A DNA stretch of 64,000 nucleotides, from NCBI GenBank assembly GCA_963681965.1, contig OY820579.1:448001-512000 (forward strand), read 5' to 3'. The translations under genes and the position numbers were made by a program. The notes under the pieces are model-generated. The model searched no databases. It worked only from the letters and a program-made list of their open reading frames with translations, and had not been told where the DNA came from. How positions within the stretch are numbered: the stretch's first letter is position 1; the number at the start of each line of letters is the position of its first letter. The stretch is from a bacterium. GTDB lineage: Bacteria > Electryoneota > JAOADG01. Shown here one piece after another: positions 50,215 to 60,123 of the stretch.

Positions 50215-51300
50215 ATGAATTTCTATTCGAATTCACTTTCAAAACGTCGACTCTGGGTGGTAATCGTCATCGCTTTGTTGATGTTACAATCAGCGACGAT
50301 TCCCTATCGACACCAATTTCGGATGCCGCTGTATTTAACTCCGGTAACAATATGGAAATTGAAATTGGACGGTTCCGGACAAGTGACGGGAATCTGGCAG
50401 AAATCGTCACTACGCGAACAGGTGAGTTACTTGATGTTTCATTTCAATCGTCCCGATATCGTCGATATCCGATTAAGCGATCAAATGAAAGAGGGTAATC
50501 GAATCCACAAGGGCGATGTCGTCGGGTGGGTACAGTCGCGCGAAATGAATCGCTCATTGCCGGTAACCGAGGCGCAATTGAAGCACGCACAAGCTGAGGA
50601 ACTCGCATTAAAAGCCGGTGGCAGGACCGTCGATATTAAAGTTGCGCAAGAAAATTTAAAATCCGCTGAAATTGCGATGAATGCATACGAACCGGAATTT
50701 CAGCGATTTCGATCACTATTCGCGACGAAGCAAGTTGCCGAGGCTGAATTTCAACAGATTGAAAGTAAGTACAATTTACTCAAATCGGCGTATGAATTGG
50801 CTTTAGCCAAAGTCCATGCCCTTGAAGCCGGTAGCCGCAATGAAGATGTATTGGTTGCTCAAGCCGAAGTAGATCGGTTGAATCAACAACTCACGAAGGA
50901 AAAAAATATTCTTGGCAATGAAGAACCGATTTACTCGCCAATCGACGGCATCGTTCAGCTTGGTGGAGAACGCGATGTATTATTTGCAATTCAACGAACC
51001 GATACCCTCGACGCCACATTAATTCTCCCCGACAGCTATGCACCATTTGTAAGACTTGGGAAACCGGTGTCGGTGCAATTGTTTGCATCGCCGGAGGACA
51101 AACTCACCGCTACGATTTCCAATCTCGAATATTGTGCCGGCGATACTGCCGGGATTCGCGCACACATGTTGTTGCCCAATCCCACGGGGTCGCTTAGTTC
51201 CGGAATGGAAGGGTTTGGCGTGGTCTACAGCGATCGCATGACGCTGTTAAGGAGTCTGCGAATTCGTTCGTCGCAGTGGAATCAACTTTGGTCGCTCTGA
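50215..51300 (+). CDS. HlyD-family periplasmic adaptor (membrane fusion protein)
   Basis: N-terminal TM, EGNRIHKGD lipoyl half, long alpha-hairpin, IYSPIDGIV, LSSGMEG. Confidence 0.75.
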   Translation: MNFYSNSLSKRRLWVVIVIALLMLQSATIPYRHQFRMPLYLTPVTIWKLKLDGSGQVTGIWQKSSLREQVSYLMFHFNRPDIVDIRLSDQMKEGNRIHKGDVVGWVQSREMNRSLPVTEAQLKHAQAEELALKAGGRTVDIKVAQENLKSAEIAMNAYEPEFQRFRSLFATKQVAEAEFQQIESKYNLLKSAYELALAKVHALEAGSRNEDVLVAQAEVDRLNQQLTKEKNILGNEEPIYSPIDGIVQLGGERDVLFAIQRTDTLDATLILPDSYAPFVRLGKPVSVQLFASPEDKLTATISNLEYCAGDTAGIRAHMLLPNPTGSLSSGMEGFGVVYSDRMTLLRSLRIRSSQWNQLWSL

Positions 51301-51309
51301 GCCGGCATC

Positions 51310-52059
51310 ATGTTTCAAGATAGTTTTCTTCGAAAAGAGTTGAAGTTTTACGTCCCGTCGCAGAAGATTGGACCGCTACGCAACTATATCCTGCGATACA
51401 TGGAATACGATCCATTTTGTATCGGTCGTCCCAATATGTTATACAGCGTCAGGAGTATTTATTTCGATACGCCCCATTATCTATTTTTCTTCGAAAAAAT
51501 CGGCGGTATTGATAAACGAAAAAAATTACGGATTAGAACTTACAACGAACCGAATGAATTTGCGCCGGCATTTTTGGAGATTAAGAATAAATTCACCGAT
51601 AACATTTTCAAAGAACGCGCCAAAGTGCCGTTAATGAATATTACCGAAGTGCTTGACGGATTCGATAATGAGACTGGTGAAAATGTTTCAACGGCATCGC
51701 GAAAAGCACTCAACAAATTTATCTTTCTTGTGCATGGTCTCAATCTAATCCCGCGAGTTCTTATTAGCTATGAACGGGAAGCATTCGTCGGTCTGGATGA
51801 CCCGGATGTCCGGATAACGTTTGACATCGACGTTCGCAGTTATCCCAACCCTTCACTGGACGACTTCTTTCGCGAAGCCGATTTGATTACGATTTCCGAC
51901 CCGTATTTCATCCTCGAAATAAAATTTTTCAATCGCATGCCGATCTGGACAAGACAGCTAGTCAGCACTTTCGGTCTCCAGCAAGAATCAATTTCTAAAT
52001 ACTGCAATGGATTGGAAGCTTGGGTTCCATCCTTGCAAGGATTAGGATCGCTCTTATGA
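51310..52059 (+). CDS. VTC-domain (TTM-fold) polyphosphate polymerase-like protein
   Basis: RKELKF, YSVRSIYFDT, RKKLRIRTY, FLEIK, YEREAF, RITFD, ILEIKF, SKY. Confidence 0.88.
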   Translation: MFQDSFLRKELKFYVPSQKIGPLRNYILRYMEYDPFCIGRPNMLYSVRSIYFDTPHYLFFFEKIGGIDKRKKLRIRTYNEPNEFAPAFLEIKNKFTDNIFKERAKVPLMNITEVLDGFDNETGENVSTASRKALNKFIFLVHGLNLIPRVLISYEREAFVGLDDPDVRITFDIDVRSYPNPSLDDFFREADLITISDPYFILEIKFFNRMPIWTRQLVSTFGLQQESISKYCNGLEAWVPSLQGLGSLL

Positions 52060-52739
52060 ACCTATTGAACAACGTTCCGTTAACCGCATATCCGTTGACG
52101 ATCATTGAGATTATTCTCAATCTTGGATTGGCATTTACGCTCGGTTTGACAATTACCGGTGTTTATCGACTCACCAATCGCAATCAACCAATCAGTTCAT
52201 CGTACGTCATAACGTTAGTCCTGCTGACGATGGTTATTGCGTTGGTAATGATGATTATCGGCAATAGTATCGCGCGGGCATTCGGTTTAGTCGGTGCATT
52301 ATCGATCATTCGATTCCGAACTGCAGTGAAAGACAATCGCGATATCGCCTACGTCTTTTTCGCGATTGCCGCCGGTATGGCTGCCGGTGTCGGCAATTAT
52401 CTCTTGTCAATCTACGGAGTCGGGTTCCTGTGTCTTTTGTTGTTGCTGCTCGATTTCTTGCATTTCGGAAGATCCCGCAGCGGGTTGTATGTTTTGCGAC
52501 TGCAAATGACACAAACCGCTTCTACCAATCACGATTTGGAAACGATTTTCAATCAGTATCTTTCCGACTTCCGGCAGCTAGCGTTGAAATCGATTCGGAT
52601 GGGCCAGATGCTGGAGTACACTTATAACGCTAAACTTCGAGATGTAAAAAAACTATCGGAATTTGTTACTACCCTGAGCACACTGGAAGGTGTCGAACGG
52701 GTCAATATGCTGGCGGACGACGAGGAACCGGAGTCGTAA
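52056..52739 (+). CDS. DUF4956 membrane protein
   Basis: IGNSIARAFGLVGALSIIRFRTAVKD signature, 4-5 TM helices; ATGA overlap with the VTC gene. Confidence 0.88.
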   Translation: MNLLNNVPLTAYPLTIIEIILNLGLAFTLGLTITGVYRLTNRNQPISSSYVITLVLLTMVIALVMMIIGNSIARAFGLVGALSIIRFRTAVKDNRDIAYVFFAIAAGMAAGVGNYLLSIYGVGFLCLLLLLLDFLHFGRSRSGLYVLRLQMTQTASTNHDLETIFNQYLSDFRQLALKSIRMGQMLEYTYNAKLRDVKKLSEFVTTLSTLEGVERVNMLADDEEPES

Positions 52740-52758
52740 GAATTATTCATGTAAAAAT

Positions 52759-52793
52759 AAAACTGCGACGAGTATGATCCTCGTCGCAGTTTT
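52759..52793. terminator. Terminator ending the CotH/VTC operon
   Basis: AAAACTGCGACGAG-TATGATC-CTCGTCGCAGTTTT. Confidence 0.75.
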
Positions 52794-52797
52794 CATT

Positions 52798-52915
52798 TAT
52801 TGTGATTCTTGAAAATATGTTGTCATGATTCGGTGTCAGGCTTCGCCTGACCTGCGGGCGGACGCGGGGGTCCGCCCCTACTACCGATAACAACTCATTT
52901 TCAAGAGATACTATA
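52798..52915. mobile_element. 118-bp MITE/REP-like element, copy 2
   Basis: Same length as 5882-5999 with about five substitutions; same terminal inverted repeats. Confidence 0.75.
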
Positions 52916-52932
52916 GATCTGTCGGAACCGAA

Positions 52933-54375
52933 TTAATCGCCATTCCGGTAGGTCACCACACGGTAGTAGTACTTTCCGGTAACATTATTGTCGGTGTAAG
53001 TAAAATTACTGGGACCCACCATAGCAAGATAGGTTCCTTCCAACGGTGGTGAAAAGTAACCCGAAGTTTCGCTACGGTAAATTTTAAATCCGTCCGCATA
53101 TCCACCATAGGTCCAGCTTAACGTCGCGCTCCCATTCGCATAGGTGATTACCAGCATCGTCGGTGGATCTGGACTAATTACTACGGCAAATTCGTGCAGA
53201 TAATAAAGCGACCACTTCCCCTGATTGTCGCGTACTCGCACATATAGTTGATGATTCCCAGGTGTGGTAGATCGTAAATCGGCAACGAATCCGCTCTCGA
53301 TCGAACTCCCCGGAGTGATCACGATACCGTGTCCACTACCAATTCCGGGATCGGTATCGATAAAATATTCCGCTGCCAAAATTTGTCCGGAAGTGGAGGG
53401 TGCCGGTTCCACGAGAAACGGTTTAACAATCGGCAAACTCCACTTACCCGAGTTATCGCGACTTCGGATATATAGTGCATGAAAGCCCAGCGATAAACCG
53501 GATAAATCGGCGGTAAAATTCGCATTAATGGTACTTCCCATGGTAATCGCAATGGGACGACCATTACCTAAACCGGGATCGGAATCGATAAAATATTCCA
53601 CCGCCGAGAGCAATGGATTGACAGGTATCGGTTCAACCAGAAAGGGTTTGACGAGAGTAAGACTCCATTTACCGTTATTATCGCGCGTCCTAACCGAGAG
53701 TGCGTGATATCCAACTGGAACAGTCGACAGATCGACAGTAAAATTGGTCGAAATCTCGCTCTCTGGCGTAAATGAAATCGCGTGTCCATTCCCATATCCG
53801 GGATCGCTATCGACAAAATATTCTGCTGCAGCAACAGTACCGTTCAACCGCAACGGTTCGACTAGAAACGGTTTTACAATTACCAAACTCCAGCGACCTC
53901 GATTGTCTTTCACACGGATCGATAATGAATGATAACCGATCGCAATTCCGCTTAAATCGGCAATGAAATTAGCAGAAATCGTACTATCGGTCGATACCGA
54001 AATCACTCGACCCAGCCCGTAACCGGGATCGGAATCGATGAAATACTCGGCAGCAGCAATTCGTACGGTATTTCCCGGAATTGGTTCGACTAGAAACGGC
54101 TTCATACTTGTGAGACTCCAGCGATTGGAATCGTCTTGGACACGAACATATAATGTATGATATCCGACGGATAAGCCATTCAGATTGGCAACGAAACTTA
54201 CATTGATTGACGTATCGCTAACGATTCCAACCGAATTTCCACTACCATATCCCGGATCGGTATCGATATAATATTCGACTCGCGTAACGCGAAAGGCGTT
54301 CACTGTTGACGGTATCATTACGCATGCGAGTATCAGTACAATTAGCACACAGATTGATTTCCGGAAGCTGAACAT
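52933..54375 (-). CDS. Secreted protein with five ~75-aa EYFIDxDPGxGxG Ig-like repeats and an FN3-like tail
   Basis: Repeats EY(F/Y)IDxDPG...G(Y/F)HxLxVRxxD..xWS; tail GFKIY...YYYRVV; AGGAGG RBS. Confidence 0.75.
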   Translation of the reverse strand: MFSFRKSICVLIVLILACVMIPSTVNAFRVTRVEYYIDTDPGYGSGNSVGIVSDTSINVSFVANLNGLSVGYHTLYVRVQDDSNRWSLTSMKPFLVEPIPGNTVRIAAAEYFIDSDPGYGLGRVISVSTDSTISANFIADLSGIAIGYHSLSIRVKDNRGRWSLVIVKPFLVEPLRLNGTVAAAEYFVDSDPGYGNGHAISFTPESEISTNFTVDLSTVPVGYHALSVRTRDNNGKWSLTLVKPFLVEPIPVNPLLSAVEYFIDSDPGLGNGRPIAITMGSTINANFTADLSGLSLGFHALYIRSRDNSGKWSLPIVKPFLVEPAPSTSGQILAAEYFIDTDPGIGSGHGIVITPGSSIESGFVADLRSTTPGNHQLYVRVRDNQGKWSLYYLHEFAVVISPDPPTMLVITYANGSATLSWTYGGYADGFKIYRSETSGYFSPPLEGTYLAMVGPSNFTYTDNNVTGKYYYRVVTYRNGD

Positions 54376-54386
54376 CTGTCACCTCC

Positions 54387-55394
54387 TTATGGACGAACTC
54401 GCGCACGGATATTTACCGGTAAGCCGCTGGTTGTGCCGCCTTGAGCCGGTCCGCTAAAGCTGGTGATCGTTGGGATCGGCGGCAATCCAGCAATGATATA
54501 CTGATTGGGTCCCCCGAAGATTCCACAGTCGGTTCCACCCCAACCGGCACCGATTGCTGGCGATCCGATGCGAAGTCGCAACTTATTCTCGGTAGTACCG
54601 GTGTCATTAAAAACCGTACTCATATTTACCAGTTGCAGGTTTCCGTTTCCAGTGGGACACTGAGTGCTATCGCACACATTGTTGAAAAACGTATTCGAGT
54701 TACCAGACCATCTTCCCAAACGAATGACGTTATTCATAAAATTGCCGTTGTATACAACAGCGTTGCCGGTGATAATGTTGTTGTATGCTTCTAGCGGTCC
54801 GGCACTCGTTTGCATATTGATGGCAACCGGTATGACATCGCGATTTTCTATATTGTTATTGAGTAGCAATACGTTACCGCGGGTGATCTGTAACAGCACA
54901 TACGAACTGGAGTATGGATAGCTCCGGTACAGGTAACACTGTTTGATTGTCACTTGATTGCAATTTATCGAGATTGTGTTGTAGTCCCAAGAAGAGATGT
55001 AGCATCGACTAATTTCGACACTATCGACGGAAATATCCAAAAGTGTATAGACGTAGATACCGCAAACAGTCGATTTCGTCGAGCTGTTCCGGAAGTACAA
55101 AGTACTGACGTATGCTCCTAGTGGTCGTGCCTGACTATCGGGGTTTTCGGTGAGTAAAAAACCCGGTCCGAAGATGTGAATCGGAATATCGACCGACCCA
55201 CCTCCGTAATTATTCTGGCTACCCACCATATAGATCGTATCGTGTGCCGATGAAGCGTTGAGCGCAAGTTGCAAAGTGCGGTATGAATTGCCATTGGCAG
55301 GATTATTGTCGACGACTCGGATGGTGCTGAATGCCACCGTTGAACAAGCCATCACAAACAACGTTGAGAATAAAATTCGCAAAGAATACTGCAT
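54387..55394 (-). CDS. Secreted right-handed beta-helix protein, paralog B
   Basis: VDNNP...LQLA...DTIY...GPG; Asn-rich coils; DCGIFGG; signal peptide. Confidence 0.7.
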   Translation of the reverse strand: MQYSLRILFSTLFVMACSTVAFSTIRVVDNNPANGNSYRTLQLALNASSAHDTIYMVGSQNNYGGGSVDIPIHIFGPGFLLTENPDSQARPLGAYVSTLYFRNSSTKSTVCGIYVYTLLDISVDSVEISRCYISSWDYNTISINCNQVTIKQCYLYRSYPYSSSYVLLQITRGNVLLLNNNIENRDVIPVAINMQTSAGPLEAYNNIITGNAVVYNGNFMNNVIRLGRWSGNSNTFFNNVCDSTQCPTGNGNLQLVNMSTVFNDTGTTENKLRLRIGSPAIGAGWGGTDCGIFGGPNQYIIAGLPPIPTITSFSGPAQGGTTSGLPVNIRARVRP

Positions 55395-55442
55395 TGAACT
55401 CTCCTTAAAAAAATTCCGATCGTGATTATCCCAAAGACGTTC

Positions 55443-56453
55443 TTAATTTCGTGCTCGTGCTCGGAAATTCACTGGCAATCCGTTGGTAGTGGAACCATTC
55501 ATCGATGCACCTAAGAAAGTGATGGTTGGGATCGCTGGAATTCCTGATAACACATAAGGATTGGCGCCGCCAAAAATCCCACAGTCGGTACCGTCGAAAC
55601 CAACCTGAGATGCAGGTGATCCCGATGCCAATTGCCAACGTCGTTCGGCAGTTCCCGAACCGACAAAAACCACCGACATGTTGACATAGCTTTGATTGTT
55701 GTTGGCTGTACCGAAGTGGTTGGAATATCCCAGATTGTTGAAATAATTGTTGTTATTTTGCGCGATGGAGTTGCTGTACAAGATGTTGTTCGTAAATGTC
55801 GTATTCCACAAATTGATGTTTCCACCGTTGAAAATACAATTCGTAACCGTAAAGGGTCCAGCATCGCCGTTGGAGTGTAGCAAACTTGAGTTGTTACCCG
55901 ATGAGTTTTGAAAGAACGTGTTTCGAATGAAGACGTTATGCGACGAGTTGAAAATGATGTTATTCACAGTCGCCCACCACGATATTTCGAAGAAGCACTG
56001 ATCGATAAACAGAACATTGACATTGTTCGCCGTCAAGTGCTGAACGGCATCGAATGCGATGCGGCAACGACGTATTGCGATACTGTCGGAATTAATCGTA
56101 ATCAATCCGGTAAGCGACAATCCCGAAAAACTTGCATTTTCCGAACCGGTATCGATCGTCAAAGTTCCTATACATGCGGCACTTGATAAAGCTTGCGATT
56201 CGGAATTATCGGATAAATAATAACCCGGTCCGATCCATACGAGCCGCTTATTGGTAACAAGATTACCGTAAGATGCTGACCAACCACAGACATAGATCGT
56301 ATCGCCGACATTCGCTAGATCGTGTGCTGCCTGAACAGTACGAGAGGCATTGACGTCAACGGGATTCCCGTCAACGATCCGGATCGTTGCGATTGCAAGC
56401 AGTGGAATAAACAGACAGAATAAAATCACAAGACTTCGGAAATGAATATCCAT
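55443..56453 (-). CDS. Secreted right-handed beta-helix protein, paralog A
   Basis: Colinear with 54387-55394 (DTIY, GPGY, DCGIFGG, GLPVNxRAR); AAGGAG RBS before 56453. Confidence 0.7.
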   Translation of the reverse strand: MDIHFRSLVILFCLFIPLLAIATIRIVDGNPVDVNASRTVQAAHDLANVGDTIYVCGWSASYGNLVTNKRLVWIGPGYYLSDNSESQALSSAACIGTLTIDTGSENASFSGLSLTGLITINSDSIAIRRCRIAFDAVQHLTANNVNVLFIDQCFFEISWWATVNNIIFNSSHNVFIRNTFFQNSSGNNSSLLHSNGDAGPFTVTNCIFNGGNINLWNTTFTNNILYSNSIAQNNNNYFNNLGYSNHFGTANNNQSYVNMSVVFVGSGTAERRWQLASGSPASQVGFDGTDCGIFGGANPYVLSGIPAIPTITFLGASMNGSTTNGLPVNFRARARN

Positions 56454-56660
56454 AGGATGCTCCTTTCGATATTTGACTAATGGCATATAATTAATCACAT
56501 ACCAGATTTTATTTCATCCCACTCAAGAGGTCAATTGAGATTGTAATCTGAACTAAAATTGACATATCCTACTAAATCGGTAGGATTTTCGTCTGTTCAT
56601 TGTTTTTCTAATTGGTTATTTCTGGAAATCGTGGCTGACGACGATTTTACCGCTAAAACG

Positions 56661-56690
56661 AAAACCAGCTAGCGACTCACTAGCTGGTTT
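56661..56690 (-). terminator. Terminator ending the glycan-biosynthesis operon
   Basis: AAAACCAGCTAG...CTAGCTGGTTT. Confidence 0.7.
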
Positions 56691-56711
56691 ATATTTGGAA
56701 TTATTAATGAT

Positions 56712-57713
56712 TTAATTTACTCGATTACGAGGAGGGTGTCCGGTCAGCACGCGTAATGCGCCTTGGGCAGCTTTACGCCGCATCTCTTCGAATGCCTCTT
56801 TACACCAGAATGCACCGTGGGGTGAAATGATCAGCCGATCGGTAATCCAATCTTCACCTTCGATCCATGCTTTAATCAAAGGGTGCTCGCGGTTAGGTGG
56901 TTCGTCAGGCAATACATCAAGACCTGCCCCGCGTAGATGTTTCGTGCGTAGTGCCGATTCAAGCGCATCCAGATCAACAATGCGACCGCGAGCGGTATTG
57001 ATGAAGAGCGAACCGCACTGCATTTTCGCAAAAAAGTCGACGTTCACCATACCGCGCGTTTCATCGGTTAATGGCGTGTGGATTGTCACGATATCTGCGC
57101 GCTGAAGCAATTCATCCAATGTCTCCGCGCGTTCAATCCCAAGCGCCTTATCAACTCCATCCGGTAAATAGGGATCGTAGAATAAAATGTGCAATCCGAA
57201 TCCCTGCGCTCGTCGGGCGACCGCAGTACCGATTCGTCCCAGACCGACAATTCCCAGCGTCGCCCCAGACAGTCGTCGCAAATTCCCCATCTGCTCCCAC
57301 GTCCAGTTGTCATTGCTCTTGCGAACACCGGAATTCCCGGCAGCAAGACCGCGTGAAAGCGCGAGAATAAATGCCATAGCATGATCGGCGACATCGCCGG
57401 TACCGTAATCGGGAACATTACACACCGGTATACCGAGTTGAGCGGCGGCGATTAAATCGATGTTGTCAAATCCAACACCGACTCGAACAATGACCTTGCA
57501 ATTTTTCATCTTGGCAATCGTCGCCGCATCAAGATAGAGATCGTGCCATGGCAAAATGGCATCGGCAACTGCCCATTCTTCATCGGAAATCTCGGAAACA
57601 TGATTGGCTTGCAGTAGTCGAATCTCTGCCAAGTCTCCAAAGACTTGTTGTTCAATATCTGCAGGTGGAGCTAGTCGATCGGGGATAAGTACGACAAATC
57701 GATTTTTGTTCAC
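56712..57713 (-). CDS. D-isomer-specific 2-hydroxyacid dehydrogenase (CtBP/SerA-like)
   Basis: RVGVGFDNID, GLGRIG, INTARG, GAGLDV..EPP, SPHGA. Confidence 0.9.
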   Translation of the reverse strand: MNKNRFVVLIPDRLAPPADIEQQVFGDLAEIRLLQANHVSEISDEEWAVADAILPWHDLYLDAATIAKMKNCKVIVRVGVGFDNIDLIAAAQLGIPVCNVPDYGTGDVADHAMAFILALSRGLAAGNSGVRKSNDNWTWEQMGNLRRLSGATLGIVGLGRIGTAVARRAQGFGLHILFYDPYLPDGVDKALGIERAETLDELLQRADIVTIHTPLTDETRGMVNVDFFAKMQCGSLFINTARGRIVDLDALESALRTKHLRGAGLDVLPDEPPNREHPLIKAWIEGEDWITDRLIISPHGAFWCKEAFEEMRRKAAQGALRVLTGHPPRNRVN

Positions 57714-57752
57714 GATAATCCTCGAATTGTTTATTGGTCTGAATGCGTTTGA

Positions 57753-58571
57753 TCAAACACCGCTACACAGATATGCAATCGCGGAACCTTTCCAGCGTGC
57801 AATCTCGCGAAAAGTGAAATTAGGATTCCGTTCACGCCACTCTTTGAACGCTCGAAACTCGCCATGATTCTCGGAACCCCGATAGCGGAACCAATCGTCG
57901 AATACAACATACGTTCCCATTTGCATCAAAGGGGTACAGAAATCGAGTGCCGTCACAGTGGATTCATACAAATCGCAATCGATGTGAATCACCGCTGCTT
58001 TGGTCAAATTCAAAGCTTTTCGGGTTTCTTCATTCAATGTGTCTTGGAAGTATCCCGGAATTGCCATAAAACTATCCGGTGCCATCCCCGATTCCAAACA
58101 ACGTTCGACAAATTTCTCGGCAGAAAACGCCATCGATCCACCCGACCAGTGTACCGGTCGTAAATCATCCCCATCGATTCCTTTTCCTTCAGGTAATCCT
58201 TTCTCGAAGGCATCGAACGCGAAAAACCGCATCGGTGGTGGTAAATATCCGGTCTGCTTCTGTTTCATCCCACTGTGCGAGAGTAACTGCTGAGTATTCT
58301 CGCGATAGGTCTTGGCTGCCATCCGGAAAGTGAAACCACCATAAGCGCCGAATTCGAGATAATCACCGGGTACGTTATTGAAAACGGCATTCATTACCGA
58401 AATAGAAATCGTATGAAGATTCTCAATAATTCGCGTATCGATCCACTCCTCGATATCCTTCCGCAAATCCCGCTTTAATGCATTCAACAAGGTGGTATAC
58501 ATAATCTCATTCGATGCTCCAGCATCCGGATTGGGAGTACTTTGATTGGGATTTGAAGAGGGTAGTGACAT
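57753..58571 (-). CDS. TylF/MycF/NovP-family O-methyltransferase
   Basis: GDYLEFG, FDAFEKGLP, GYFQDTL, HIDCDLYES, FDDW. Confidence 0.85.
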   Translation of the reverse strand: MSLPSSNPNQSTPNPDAGASNEIMYTTLLNALKRDLRKDIEEWIDTRIIENLHTISISVMNAVFNNVPGDYLEFGAYGGFTFRMAAKTYRENTQQLLSHSGMKQKQTGYLPPPMRFFAFDAFEKGLPEGKGIDGDDLRPVHWSGGSMAFSAEKFVERCLESGMAPDSFMAIPGYFQDTLNEETRKALNLTKAAVIHIDCDLYESTVTALDFCTPLMQMGTYVVFDDWFRYRGSENHGEFRAFKEWRERNPNFTFREIARWKGSAIAYLCSGV

Positions 58572-58592
58572 GGGTTTTCTCCACAAGAATTT

Positions 58593-59366
58593 TTATGATT
58601 TAGGGTGTACTAATTCGACTACCGATTGAACAGCACTGGCGAGAAGCGCACAATCGGCTTCATACGCTAGAAACTGAACACCCAATTCGATGTAGCGTCT
58701 CAAATCGTCTGGAGTCGATGCCAAACAACCGGCACTCACACCGGCGCTACGGATTCGTCCGATATTTTCCTTGACCAGCGCAACTACTTCCGGACGACGA
58801 ATTTCACCTGGAAAACCTGCCGCTTGACTCAGATCATAGATGCCAAGATAGATGACATCGACCCCCGGAACTGCGGCAATCCGGTCAAGATTCGCCAACC
58901 CCTCCTGACCCTCGACCAGCAGAATAACCATCGTCCGATCGTTTTCTCGCGAAGTTAAGGTAGCCGCATTCTGTGCGGTATATCCGCCACTACGGGTATA
59001 GGGCGATAATCCTCGGTGTCCGAGAGGATGATATTTCACCGCATCGACGGCGGCAATGGCTTGTGCTTCGGTCTGGATCTGAGGAACTACTATCCCGTGA
59101 ACTCCCGTTTCCAGTGCGCGGAGAATCAAACTCTCGTCTAACGTTGGTACACGAACGATCGGTGTTTTCCCTTCACTCTCAACCGCACGAACGGTGCTCT
59201 CGAGTGTTTCGAAGGTCGCCGGACCATGTTCCATATCGGTAATGATGAAGTCGAGCCCGGAGGCTGCCAACACGTTTGCGACACCATCGGAGGGTAGGAC
59301 GTTCCATGTCCCTACGGCAACACCGCCATTTTTTAATAACGGCTTCAAACGATTATCAATTCTCAT
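58593..59366 (-). CDS. HpcH/HpaI-family pyruvate aldolase
   Basis: DMEHG, IVRVP, GHRG, VEGQEGL, GIYDLS. Confidence 0.88.
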   Translation of the reverse strand: MRIDNRLKPLLKNGGVAVGTWNVLPSDGVANVLAASGLDFIITDMEHGPATFETLESTVRAVESEGKTPIVRVPTLDESLILRALETGVHGIVVPQIQTEAQAIAAVDAVKYHPLGHRGLSPYTRSGGYTAQNAATLTSRENDRTMVILLVEGQEGLANLDRIAAVPGVDVIYLGIYDLSQAAGFPGEIRRPEVVALVKENIGRIRSAGVSAGCLASTPDDLRRYIELGVQFLAYEADCALLASAVQSVVELVHPKS

Positions 59367-59367
59367 A

Positions 59368-60123
59368 TCACACCTTGTCGTAGGGAGTGGTTGTTTCGGT
59401 AAAGCCTTTGTCGCGCAACCAGTGTTCAATCACTGGAATCTGCCATTCATAATCGATATCGAAACCAAAATCGTTTTCCAGCGCGTGGCTGCGATGCCCC
59501 ATCCACCGGAACGGGAGTTGACCGTCGCGCCAATTTCGAAGACAGTGTGGTCGCAATACTTGTACTGCGAGATCGACGAAATAACAATCACCTTCACCAC
59601 CGCGAATCGACGACATCGAGCGGACATCGCCCAATTTTTCCAGATCGACATAGGGTTGAATCAAACCATCGGCATCGACTTTTCGTGCCCGTAATGGCGC
59701 CCACATATTGAATTTGCACACCGTGAATGCCGAGTCTAAATCCGGGTTCGAGCGCAACAACTCGATCGCTTCGTCGATCCGTCCAACCGGAATAGTGGGA
59801 GCATTTGCAAACATCAACACGATAAATTCGATCGATTCACCGATCCGCTTTTCCATTTCGATTAAAGCATGTTCGAGCGCGTCTTCCGTCAATGCTTCCG
59901 GGGTTGCTAAATATGCCGGTCGTTCGATCCATTCGGCGTTATAGCGCTTTCCGACTTCCGCAATATTCGGTGAATCTGTCGAGGTAAAAATTTTATCGAT
60001 GTATCGACTATGTTTTGCGGCAATAAATGTGTATTCCACCATCGGGCGGTTCAATACCGGTCGAACATTTTTTCCCGGACAACCCATGCTTTTATGCTTA
60101 CCGATTACTAATGCGCAAATCAT
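59368..60123 (-). CDS. NeuA/KdsB-family ulosonate cytidylyltransferase
   Basis: SMGCPGKN, TSTDS, IERPAYLA, FDIDYEW. Confidence 0.82.
   Translation of the reverse strand: MICALVIGKHKSMGCPGKNVRPVLNRPMVEYTFIAAKHSRYIDKIFTSTDSPNIAEVGKRYNAEWIERPAYLATPEALTEDALEHALIEMEKRIGESIEFIVLMFANAPTIPVGRIDEAIELLRSNPDLDSAFTVCKFNMWAPLRARKVDADGLIQPYVDLEKLGDVRSMSSIRGGEGDCYFVDLAVQVLRPHCLRNWRDGQLPFRWMGHRSHALENDFGFDIDYEWQIPVIEHWLRDKGFTETTTPYDKV

Noticed and set aside
52933-54375. Periodic DNA similarity as a CRISPR array
   Set aside because: Period of about 225 bp, in frame and degenerate at third positions; these are protein repeats, and no cas genes are present
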